33,112 bases of DNA from Folioceros fuciformis (Eukaryota). The stretch lies in assembly GCA_049999805.1 (NCBI GenBank), contig JBNGIO010005796.1:1-33112 (forward strand). Reading direction: 5' to 3'. The position numbers were made by a program, and so were the translations under genes. Shown in pieces: positions 21,294 through 32,764 of this stretch. A model generated the notes under the pieces. It made no database searches and was not told the DNA's origin. It worked only from the letters and a program-made list of their open reading frames with translations. Numbering within the stretch: position 1 is the first letter of the stretch; each line of letters begins with the position of its first letter.

Positions 21294-23206
21294 GTTGTCA
21301 AGCTTCGTTTGCCATTGCACAGTTACGAAGATGGCCAGTAATTGCTCAAGTAACATTATACGAAACTATGCATGTGGATGTTTTTGGAAGAGTGTGTCAT
21401 GGCCTAGAGTACGCAGGCATGCCAAGAGATGTTAGGGCTCCTCACTTGAGTGCTGACAAGAAGTCATGGGTGAAACATGGTTTATTGTGTAAACCATGTG
21501 TTTGGTGTAAACCTACTAGTACAAGTATCAGCTCTTCACAATTATGGCTTTCGACCTTCACATGAATGGTATTCCGGTAGCATGGGATTTGGCAAGGACA
21601 GTACAAGTGACACCATAGCTAGGTGGTTGACATCTTTTCATGAGGTTCTGTTAAGTAAGGATGCAAATTGGTTGCCCTCTGCAATATTGGTTGATGATTG
21701 TGCAGCTGAGATTGGTGCAATTTGAAAGGTTTACAATTACAGTGTTCATGTTCTACTTTGCCTCTGGCATGTGCGTTGTGCTTGGCTCCGTAATCTTATT
21801 AAGAAAGTCCAAAACAGGGTAGACAAGAAAGCCATATGGCAGGAATTAGGTGAACTGATGTATGTCAAGGGCTCCAGCACATCAATTCAAGATACAATTT
21901 GGGAGGGTGAGCAATTGCTATTTTCCTTCTATGCCAAGTGGGAGAAACGGCAACCCGTGTTCGTGGGCTATTTCAGAACAACCTGGGGTGCACAACTAGG
22001 TTAGTCCATATCTCCAGCCTCGTATTCTCCCTTTTCAAGCTTGTACACATACACATCTTCACAAGGCCTATTTTGATTGCAGGCATGTTCATAAAAATGC
22101 CCGCATGCTTCCACATGCAGGGCAAGACTGTGCCTCTGCTATAGAGGCATGGCATCGGTTTTTTAAGCAGAAACTTAGTCTTACGAGGGCATCTCTTGCT
22201 GGCAGACGAGTAGACTGGCTGTTTTACATTAATTGTGCTTCGTATGTGAACCATTGCAAAGAAGGAGGGTATGTGGTTAACACAACCGAGGAGAAACTGG
22301 TGCACATTGCAATAGATGGGGCAACTCTGATTGAGGATGATAATGTTACTTTGCCTTCCCCACCTTGTACCACAGCTCTATGCAGGAGTTCAACAGATGC
22401 CTATGTGACATATACAATTGAGAATGCATATTCCATGTGGGCTACATGTGAGTGTGCTCAAGGGAGGACAGGCTTTATTTGTAAACACATCGTGAAAGTG
22501 CAAGATATGCTTGGAGTGCTCTCATACACACTCCAGATGAAACGTCAGTATACAGCAACGAATGGTCTGGTAATTCAGGAGCCTGTAACAACTCTTGCTT
22601 TATGTGATAATAGAGAATAGTTGATGGAAAGCGTTTCGTGCAACCTGCAACCCGCTGTGCAGGGTGTTTTATGTAACGAAAGTAGAACATAAGATCAGAT
22701 TCGCTTCCTTGAATAAGATTGCAATGCTATTGTGAATTTGATGCACAAGAATAAGGAAGTCGTGGAGAATGCAGCGCTTTTGGTGAAACGTACACTCATG
22801 GATGTCCAACGTTTGATTGCATATGAGCAGGAAATGCCTGCAGCACGGCAGCCTCTTCAAGCATTCACCACCAACGAGGAAGACAATAACATCGTCAGGA
22901 CTAAGCCATTCTTCTCACCACCGAAGAAAAAGAAGAAGAGAGTTACTTGGAAGTTATCAACAGACAAAGAAAACTAGCGTAGGTGTAGGTGCGATGTAGG
23001 TGCCAGTAATGTCTCCCTTCATATGTTTTGACCAATGCTGCAATTAATCAAAAACTCAGTCTTGGTGATTGTCCTCTCTGCTCGTCTTGGTGATCCTCCT
23101 CCACGCTTTCCTCAGTGCGTCCTAGCTGCGCATGCCTGAACGCTGTGCGTGCTGATGAGTTCGACTTTGTATTGTGCCAGAGTATCGCCATGGTATTCAG
23201 GATGAC

Positions 23207-23360
23207 GGGAATTTGAATTAGTTCCCCTCGCCCCCGGTGGCCCGGTCGCGGGTTGGCACGGATACGAGAGAGAGGGGCAGGGGAGAGGAAGGCCATGCTC
23301 ATGGCATGGCATGTTGGTTCGCCAGGTCGTAACCTGGCGAACCGATATTTAGGTCTAGCC
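23207..23360 (-). repeat. Right terminal inverted repeat
   Basis: Reverse complement of 14039-14192; followed directly by GAAGTAGA. Confidence 0.9.
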
Positions 23361-25279
23361 GAAGTAGAGGCCCTTGAATGGGTGTCGAGGGATCTCTGTG
23401 CCCCATGCGGAGTTCAAAAACGATGCTTGAAATGAGGTAGGGGAGGCATTGTGATCGAGGCAGGCCTCAATCATTGGTAGTGGCGAGAGATTGAGGCCCC
23501 CCCTTAGAAATGTGTCGTTGTTTATTCGAGAGTCCCGGGATACGGGCCTCAAGCCCCGCGATAATGTAGTTGGACAAAGGGGAGTTAGATGCTTGCCGGT
23601 GTTGCAGGCTCATGGGCTAGGTCTAATTCAAAGGAAATGAGAGCAGGCGTTTATTGTATGGAATACCGATACGGTCAAGGTTTGTTTCATAGAATGTTTT
23701 GCCCCTCCGTATATGGTCCAAATGTTTGGGCATCACAAACCTGTCCACATAGGTAGTTGGCAGCCATTTGGGCATCCCGATAGAGACAATGCAGCGTGTA
23801 ATAAGGGTTTTCCTAACTTTTGAGCGGTTGTCATATGTTTTTTTTCGTTTTGACACGTCTGTGTCCCAGACGTTGGAAGCTCGCAAGACCTAGTTGTGGA
23901 GGGGAAGAACGCCGTGTTTTGTAGATGGAGCTTGATGCGGTGGAGGCGAGTATTGTGAGACGCATAGCAGCTGGCGGAGGAGGTTCCCAGGGGACCTAGG
24001 CAATGGTGCAGGGCAGGACGCTTAAGGGGTGGTGATGCGGATCGAAGTTCCGGGTCCAGCATCCCGCCAACGAGGATGGTGTGAAAGCGGCAGCGCAAGC
24101 TCTCCTACTCTGAGGTGTGCTCCTCTAGAGAGGAGGAGGATGACTATGCGTTCACGGTGAGGTGCTGCTCCTGGCAAGCAAGGGCGACGTGCAACAAAAG
24201 GAGGCAACAACGAAGGCAATGTCGCGGACACCCTAGTGGACGCGGTGCATGCTTTGCACAATAGCCTAGGCTTGGTGGAGTTGCTAGAAAGTAATTTGCG
24301 CAAGCTGAGGGCAAACATACGTGATTGTGCAACAGATGTGTAGGCTATCTCTCGTGCTAGGGATCGTGAGGTTTAGGGATGCATGTGGCGTGCAGGGTCT
24401 GGAAATGTAAGCAGGTTAGAGGCACTGGCCTTGGTGTTGCAGAGATGGTAAACCTCTGGAGTTTTTCCTAAATCTGCTATTCGTAGATTGATCTTGTAGC
24501 AGTAGCGTTGGTAGTCTATAGATGTTTTGTGGAAGGTGCTATAGGTTGCCTCCTTGCCTCTGTGGTCTAGCTTAATGAACTTGATGTTTTTGTGAACCCT
24601 ATAAAAGCAGCTGTAATTGCTGTTGTGGCTTCTTTTACCTGCAATCCTTAAGCTGTCATTTGCAGCAAAACTGTTGGAGCAACCTCAAGCTGTAGTATGA
24701 TGGAAATGCAGGCTTGAAAATGATTGTTCAGTGAGAATGGTAGAGGCCCAAAATCCTAGGACATCCCGCAACCTGTGAGAGCTTTTTCCATGCATAAAGT
24801 GGATTTAGGGTTTAGCGTTGTTCTGAATCGGTATTCCATATTATTGAACGATGGAGGATGTCCGTTGTGGGATTTTCCTTTGAACAACAATCTATTCATC
24901 TTATGCGACACAACGACCATGAGTGGTGTCTTAAGAAAGAATTTTGACACCTCCCCTTTGCCTTGTGTGGTATGCCATAGGTTGAATGTGAAACCTTTAT
25001 ATAATTTGTCTCCTTTAAGACTTCCAAAATATATGAGCCCATCTAAAATTCACATAGACATGTGATACAAATCTTTCCATGAAAACCAAAGGTTTGAGCA
25101 ATGCTATGTATTTCTTAGCTAGGCCGATCACATGTTTTTTGTATCATGTGGGCTTTACGATAAACGGGGTATTTTCTATGATTGAAAAAGAGATGGAAAG
25201 TCCCATATACTCCAAAGATTGGAGGAACAACCCCATTAGGGCCAAAGGCAAAAAGAGATACTCTCCCCTGCAAACATCA

Positions 25280-25948
25280 TTATAAAAAATTACCTAATCC
25301 TCCCAAAATGTCATGATGTGGAATAACAAAAGGCCTACCTACCACTGGTGCCGAAGAAGCCGCTTGACCTGCACTTGTTGTTGTTCTAAAAACTGCATTG
25401 GCGAATGCTCCTTGCAAAGCAATGGATGTGTCACGTTGTCGAAAGAAGGCCATCACAGAGGAAAGAGGGAGAACACCATTCCTATTGCTCTGATAAACCT
25501 TGGCGCACTCCTTGATAAACCTTGAAAAGTCCTTGCCCATAGCTCCATGAGTCTCAAGAGCAAGGGAGATGAAAGCATGCCCATCTTGCAAGGGAGAATA
25601 CTTATGGACTTTGGCACTTGTACAACCCTCTCCCGCCCAACAAGGGGGGTTGATGATGACGTGCTCACAAATCGAATCCCTAGTGGGATCCGTAACAACC
25701 ACATCAGCAATATAAACCTGTTCTCCCCTAGTGAAGAAAAGGTCAGCTCTAAGTGAAACCCCATTGCGCAAAGTATATGAACGCTCCCTATATGGAAGAA
25801 ACCCACACTCCCTATCCATTGAGAACATGACATCCCGAACTACATCATGAGTGGCAATGCGGTGCCCCCCAACGGGATAACGTGCCAAATGGGACCCTGT
25901 ATCAACAATGGCAACCCCACAACTGCATGTAGAGAGAGAAAAAGCCAA
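25280..25948 (-). mobile_element. 5'-truncated non-LTR retrotransposon fragment: zinc knuckle + restriction-like endonuclease (CRE/RLE type)
   Basis: CSCG..HLAR (decayed CCHC), THDVVRD, RADL, ADVVVTDP, KVHKY and LALETHG: the motif order of the C-terminal RLE domain of CRE/R2/NeSL-type elements. No RT recognised upstream. Confidence 0.78.
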
Positions 25949-26645
25949 GGTTTAGGCTTATAATAGGTATCATGGATTTGTCCAAGTTTGTCCGAGCCTG
26001 CACTAAATCTATAATAATGGCAAGACTGAGCCTAACCTTGTATTCTTGCTTTCTTTGGTAGAGAGTTTTCATCCCTTTTGCCAGATGTTTAGGACATCAT
26101 CAGTTTTCGACTAGTGGGATTGAGCCGGAGAGAAGGGTTTCCATCCCTCTAAGGCTCTAGGGTGTACATTGGCCAAGTGCGGTATTCATGACGTCATTGG
26201 GCACGAGAAATAACTTCTTCAAATTTAGAGAGAGAAAAGGTCGGCGACCTTGTCTCTCTCAATGCAGGCCTTTCACATTCCTAAAGGAATAGTCCCCTCC
26301 TCCCACTAATAGATAATGCCCCTTTCCATCTCTTTTTTTCATAATAAAGGTTACTCCTTCTCCGAGATGAGGTACGATCCCCCTCACGATTCCTCTAGTC
26401 CTTGAGTAGCACTCGCAATAACTTTGACCTTTACGTTTCTTCCTACTTCATTACTTGGATCCCGATTCCAGTCTCTAGCTCTGGATGCCACGGGCTAGCG
26501 CCTGGAACCTTCCGACGACGCCGCGCGTCCATGAACAATGCTGACCATGCCCAAGGTGTTCATTGTCAAGGTGAAGAAATCGTATTACCTGCCATTACAT
26601 GTACAAGGCGGCTGGCGTGTGGGCAGACAACTTCCAACGAACAGT

Positions 26646-29460
26646 TTAACCCTTTATTTGGCCACTTGGTTGTAGCAAGGTTGTGCCAAGCTGAACCATT
26701 AGGGGATACACGGGCGGAAACTCTTTATCCCCTCTGGCTCTGACTTTAGCAGAAAAGTTATTGAGGGTGACCTTAATAATGTTCCTCCATGCTGCCTCCT
26801 CTCCATTGGAATCCAACCACCTAGAGTACTCAGCTGGAGTTAACTTCGCCTGCTTCATTGGTGACTCCAACTCTTCTGGGGCCCGAGAGTACAGGTGATG
26901 AAGAATAGCACTCGGAGGAAGCTCTTGCAGTAGAGGGCTATTTTCGATCTGATTTGTCTCAAGAAAGATGAAGGGTTTAAAGGCACGCAAAGCCCGATAT
27001 GGTGAACCAAGCTGCTCCACAGGAAATAAGTTTTGGCCCACAACTAGCTCCAGCTCCGCCATGTCCCGTGCCAACTTCAACTTCCCTGCCTCTGACAACG
27101 GCCTTATCAAGGCAGCATGACGCACAAAGAACAGTAACACACGTGATGCCATCTTCCGTGCAAGGCTTGCACAGATTGTGTCTCCAGATGCTGTGGAATA
27201 GCCTGTCGACAGTAATCCAGGTAGGAGCTTCGCGAGAAACTCAGACCGAAACAAGATAACCGTTCTCTGGAATTCCTCCATATAGCTGGAACTGCTCCCT
27301 CCAGGATCCTTCTCCAAAGATGTGGAACCAAAATTCAGATCATGTACCTGCAGGATAATGCTTTCCAGTCTTTCCGCCATGGCTTTGAAGAGAGGGGCAA
27401 TGGAGTCCGATGCTACCCGATAAATGTCCTGTAAAGAAGAGGAGAGAACTTCTGTAGCTGAACTCGGCAGCAGAGATGTTAGCCGTGAGTGCACTTCCTG
27501 TAATTGGAGACAAAGTGTGAAGTTCTTCAATTGCAAAGAATTCGCAGGTCCAGTGACCTGCCTAGAGTCCGATCCTGTGGAGAACTGATGCAGCCAGATG
27601 CACAACATTAGTAGGAGAACATATGAGAGACACCGCAAAATATTCTGAGGAGCACCATTGAAACCAGCATTATCCCCAGAAATCCTAGAGTTACCTGATA
27701 GTCTGCTTTCTCTGCAAACAGATGCAGCACTTTGCCAACTTCACGTAGAACTAAAACAGTAAGTCTTTCCTCTGTTTTTACAGCTTCCACTTCCTCCTGG
27801 ATCCGCGACACAAGTCGCAAGATTTGCTCTTGCGTAGGGATGCTCCCTCTAACAGCAAGCACAAACATTCCATACACCAGGTCACTTAAACTTTTCTGAC
27901 AGCGAGCCAAGTACTCTGTCTGGTAAGGCTCCAACCCGTCAATTAACAGGTCTTTGTCTTCAGGCTTGATAGCAGCTGAAACACCTTTCACATCTGGAAC
28001 GTGTAGAAGTCTTTCCAGCAGATTGTCCACCATATTAAGGAGTTTGGGGTATCCAAGCACAAAATTTTCTTTCACAAAGCTCGAAGCAGTAAACGCAGAC
28101 TTCATTTGACTTGAGAAAGACTTCCCAACTCCTTCCCACACCCGCTCTGTGAGCATAGGATCACCAGCCTGTATAAAACAATTCAGTAGCCAGCAGACAC
28201 GTGAAACAACTTTGGAAGATGGCAGACTTTGGATGCCAAGAAACAGAAAAGCAAAGCCCACAAAGCCTAAGTTCGAGGAATAACAGATTATTTCACCTGG
28301 ACAACTTCCTCTAGAAAAACCAGATGTGAGATTGGATCTCGCTTCTTGGACAGGACACGCTGCAGGTGCCAGACAGCAATAAGAATCGAATGAAGCTGGT
28401 CCATGCATGTTGCCATCCGTTGCCACAGCCCATCCCGTGCTCTTCCCGTCCCTCCAAGCTGAGGTGTGCCAGATCTCTGAACGCCCCCAGGGCCCCCAAG
28501 AGGCCCCACACTAGCTGAGATAGCTTTCATGTCCAGAGCTACGCTAACACTTTTAACTGCCTGAACTTTATACTTGGTAATGAGGTTTTCCACAGTTGCC
28601 TTAAGCTCTCCCATATTGTAGTAGACTTGCAGGAAACTTCCGACCTCTGGTTGGTTTAGAGACTCCATGCCAGTTTCAAGTCCCTTCATGGCTTCACTTC
28701 GAATCCGATTTCCCACTCCTGAAAGCCAGGAGGCCTGTTCATCTATGACATCGACACCAGAGAGATCAGCCTCTCTCCTGACAGTCTCCACCTCATAGAA
28801 GAGCTGAGCCGCTTTCGACAAATCAATCTTAGCTCCTTCAGGAACTTCCACAATTTCCCTCAACTTCTTCAGATGCTTCAGCACGCGGGTAACTGACCTC
28901 AAGAGCTCTACAGTTTCATGCAAAGAAGAAAGTTGCCTCGATTTAGCCTTCATCGACTTGTACGGATCCGCAATCTCGGATCTGACTCTGCCAACAGATG
29001 CCTGCAAACTGTCGACTCCTGCCCTCACCACAGCCAGCACAGTTTCCGCCTCTTTCAGGCTGGAAATCGGCTTGAGCAGCTCATCGTGTCTAAGGAACAC
29101 TTCACTTCTCAGCTGCTTCTCGAGGAGCTGGATGCCTTCCTCCAGCTTCTCGGAAGAGGCTGCGGCAGATCCGCTGCTCAAAGCATCACTAGCAAATTGC
29201 GTGGCATTGAAGTCCTCTGACAAAAACTTGGAAAAAACTGTGTCTTTCTCGAATTCCTCGATTGCAGTCCTGGCAGACGCTTCAGCGGATTCTGTCACAC
29301 CGACGTCCAATCCGCTCAACGAGCTAGATCCATTCTTCTCGTGGTGAAACGAATGCCCTGATCTGAAACTGTGTAGATGCTGAAGCCGCGGTGATTGGCC
29401 CGGGGAAGCTCGGTGAAGCGAGCTTCCAGTTCTCTGCAGCGACATGGTGGTCGCTGTCAT
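26646..29460 (-). CDS. COG5: Conserved oligomeric Golgi complex subunit 5
   Basis: Exons 29460-28297, 28168-27695 and 27584-26646 (858 aa), GT-AG and in frame. Motifs FNATQFAS, LEKQLRSEV, VWHLQRVLSKKRDP, FVxGYPKLL, FVRHAALIRPLSEAGKLKLARDMAELEL and YRALRAFKP. Confidence 0.93.
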
Positions 29461-30594
29461 GACTTCGAAGTCGGGCTGCCCGTCGAAGGCTCACCTTCGC
29501 AACTTACTACAATCCCTCCCCGGGGAAACGCCCCTAGGGCTTGAGTAAGGCCCTGCTCGTTTAATGAAGCTCCAACGAGACTGCTTGGACCACAACCCTC
29601 CTTGCGTTGTGGAAGAAGGTTGGATGTGTGGTGATGACCACAAACCATCGCGCCAGAAAAGTCCTTAGGGTCTGAGCGACAACGCGAGGCGCGCTGTCGT
29701 GTTTCAGGGAGTACGTCCTTCCTCAGGAAGATTCTGCATACAGTTCCTTCTTCCTCCTCCTTGTTGTTGACGAAAGAATTATTGCCAGATCATATCTCAG
29801 TTATGCGATACTAATGGCCGAGCTTCTTGCTCGCTAGCTCTCTGCTCTTTCCTTCTGTAGAGTTGCAGGAAGACGAGCAGACAGAGGTCGCAAGTTAGCG
29901 TGCCTCTCTCCGCTCGTGGTGTCACAATGGAAACGCGGCGCATCCTCGTTCAACAGCTCGCAGCTGGCTCGATGAGCGGGCGAGCACCTCATGTTGCCGG
30001 TGTAGACGGATCGGTAAAAATGGCCATGAGAAGCCTTTCGGGTGTGACCACGGATGGCATTTGGCCGCGAACTGGCGACCATTTTGGGAAGAGTTTGCAG
30101 AGGCAGAGTGTAGCGAAGAGGAATGCGAAAAGGCGGGACAAGGGAAGTGTGAAAGGACACTTGTGGGACTGGTTTGATTTCTGGATTTCGGCAGGATATA
30201 AAAAAGCCACGAGCGCAGTGTCGATGACGGCAAGGCGCAATGCTAAAGGGACGGTGCAACTGAGCTCTGGGCACGCTTCCACCGTGTCGCAACGGCCTGG
30301 TTCCGTTCTGAGAGCTTGATCTGCTTCTCCTCGTCCCGAAGCGAGAGAGGGGCTGTTCGTCCACTGCCGCAGCAAACGAGCGCGTGAGCTTTTGTGTGGA
30401 AGCCATGCAATCCACGTAGCTGCCAGTGTGCTAAGAGGTGGTGAGGTGGTCGGATGGCCGGATTCGCTAATTCACAGTAGATCTGGCTTGCATCTGCAAG
30501 GAATTCGGATTTGAATCGCTTGTGTGGTCCCTGGGATCTAGGCCAATTGCAGGACGGTGAATGCTCCCCACGATTGGTGAGCTCTGGGAAACAG

Positions 30595-32343
30595 ATGGCC
30601 TCTATTTGGGCGCTGGACGTTGGGCGCATGGCAGCGGAGTTCAGGCATGGTTTGAATACCAAGCTGTCTGAGTTTGAGCCGCTGGTGGTGGTTGCAGCGT
30701 CGGTGGCAACATGGCTCTTCATTTCGTCCTTGCGCTCTGCTTTGAGTTCTGCGTACTCCGATCTTCAGCACAAGGGGGTTAGGCAGTGCTTCTTCACCAT
30801 TTTGTTTAGCATTCTGAGGCTAGTGCCAGGCGTGAGGAATTACATGCAAGCGGAGCAGGAGAAGGTGATTGACAAGTTGCGGGCGAGTTTGAAGACTGAC
30901 CGGGGAGCTTGGCTTTCGGAACTTCCCCATACTGGCGCAGCCGCGGAAACTGTGCTTGACAGACTGAGATTTCACCAACGTGGAGACAGCGCTTGGCAGG
31001 GAAGAGTTTCGGGAGCAGTGTACATAGGAGGGAACAATGGTGAAGGGCACTTTTCGTTGCTCAATGAGGCATACTCCCTCTTCTCTCACACCAATCCGTT
31101 GCATCCGGATTTGTTCCCCAGCGTTGCTCAGTTCGAGGCAGAAGTGGTTGCTATGACTGCCGCCACTCTCGGAAGCAAGTCTAAGCTCTCTGGAGGTGAG
31201 GTGTGTGGCAATATGACCTCCGGCGGCACCGAAAGCATACTCATGGCCATGAAAACAGCTCGAGACTACATGAAGACGGTGAGGGGGATAGTCAAACCCG
31301 AGATGATTATACCTGACTCTGCCCACTCTGCATACGACAAAGGTGCGGACTACTTTGGCATCAGACTCTGGAGAGTACCAGTACTGAGGGAGTCCCTGCA
31401 GGCCGACGTGAAACAGATGGCTCGGCTGATAAACAAGAACACAATCCTCTTAGTAGGTTCTGCTCCAGGTTTTCCCCATGGCGTAATAGATCCCATAGAG
31501 GAGCTTGGAGCGTTGGCTTCCAGGAGAGGAATCTGTTTTCATGTGGACCTTTGCCTTGGAGGCTTCGTTGTTCCTTTTGCTCGAAAGCTTGGCTACCCCA
31601 TTCCTCCCTTTGACTTCACTGTAGAAGGCGTCACATCTATATCTGTGGATATTCACAAATATGGTCTCGGGCCCAAGGGCTCCAGTGTTGTTCTTTACCG
31701 GAACCATGATCTGAGAAGGCATCAATTTGTGGCGGTGACAGAGTGGTCTGGCGGCCTCTACATCTCACCTTCCATGGCTGGGAGCAGGGTGGGCGGCATT
31801 ATAGCAGCATCTTGGGCAGCAATGATCGCTCTCGGGGAGGATGGATATTTGCTGACAGTGAGGAAAGTGATGGAAGCGACTCAACAAGTTCGAAAGGGTA
31901 TCGAGGCTATTCCAGGTCTTCACATCTTGGGAAAGCCAAGCACCACTGTCATAGCATTTGGATCTAAGGATTTTGACATTTACAAGGTGAGGTCCCTTGT
32001 GAGCTTAGTATGTATTTGCCTCTCGTGGTTTGAATTCGCATGATCTGATGTTTGCGTTCCACTTGTGTAAATCGTGGGACAGGTGAATGATGTCATGTCG
32101 AAGAAGGGTTGGAGCTTGAATGCACTCCAAAAGCCTAGTGGGATACATGTTTGTGTTACGCTGCAAATTGCAAGTACGGTAGATGCGTTCATCAGCGACC
32201 TCGCAGATGCTGTGAGCTATGTGAAAGCTAATCCACAAGGTGTTGAAGATGGCATGGCACCCATATACGGGGCCGCAGCAAAGATGCCAGACCGGGGAAC
32301 GATAAGAGATATTCTGGTAGCATATATGGATTCTAGGTGTTGA
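30595..32343 (+). CDS. DPL1: Sphingosine-1-phosphate (dihydrosphingosine phosphate) lyase, PLP-dependent
   Basis: Exons 30595-31986 and 32083-32343 (550 aa). N-terminal hydrophobic anchor, SGAVY, HTNPLHPDLFP, TSGGTESI, SAHSAYDK, PLP-lysine motif SISVDIHKYGLGPKG, and MAPIYG. Alternative start at 30628. Confidence 0.93.
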
Positions 32344-32764
32344 TCCACCGTTCCTAATCACCCCTCTGCAGCCTGTAGACTGATGACCTAGAAGATTTAC
32401 TGTTGATTTGAATGACTTAGTGTATTTAAGCTTACATATTTACATTGAGAGAGCAGGTAGTTTTAACATTATCCCTTGAACAACCGACCTATCGATCCGA
32501 GATCAGCTTCTTCCTGTCTTCCCGCAATTGTAGCCCATCCGAGGTATCAGAAGTACCCCCACGGTGGACACGCTGAACTCACAGCGACAAAAATGTGAGG
32601 ATGGCGGGAATTGAAACTTCGGGACACCTGGTGCTGCAAGAAATGGAACAGCCATTTAGTGAGCGGGCATGGCAGGAAGCAAATGGAAGCCTTGGGGCAC
32701 CGCATGCTGGAGAGACTTGGCTACCTAGACTAGACGTCAATGCCGACTGAGCTCCTTCCGTTTA

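Larger units (their letters stand above)
14332..22977 (+). pseudogene. Decayed SWIM zinc-finger/MULE-type transposase split by the copia insertion
   Basis: 5' part 14332-14850 (intron 14628-14714; AYIPWTRVQDF, YWCGYGPQD, ESIKLGC) reads in frame into 21299+ (QASFAIAQL..HVDVFGRVCHG). It continues GIPVAW, ILVDD, LCLWHV, intron 22000-22082, LPHAGQD..AIEAWH, SWIM CECx8CKH (~22447-22488) and a basic PKKKKKRV. Frameshifts near 21520-21600 and 22100; stop at 21723-21725. Confidence 0.85.
14039..23360 (+). mobile_element. TIR DNA transposon (Mutator/MULE-like, SWIM-domain transposase), ~2.87 kb without the nested copia
   Basis: Long TIRs 14039-14192 and 23207-23360. Flanking direct repeat GAAGTAGA at 14030-14037 and 23361-23368. 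Internal decayed transposase. Exact left end is uncertain by 1 bp. Confidence 0.88.

Noticed and set aside
29834-30722. Overlapping 100-190 aa ORFs on both strands between COG5 and DPL1
   Set aside because: They overlap each other, show no recognisable domain, and lie in probable promoter/5' UTR sequence.
11009-32343. Lipid biosynthetic gene cluster (ACOS5 + DPL1)
   Set aside because: They belong to different pathways and are separated by TEs and COG5; no PKS, TKPR or CYP703/704 partners are in the window.
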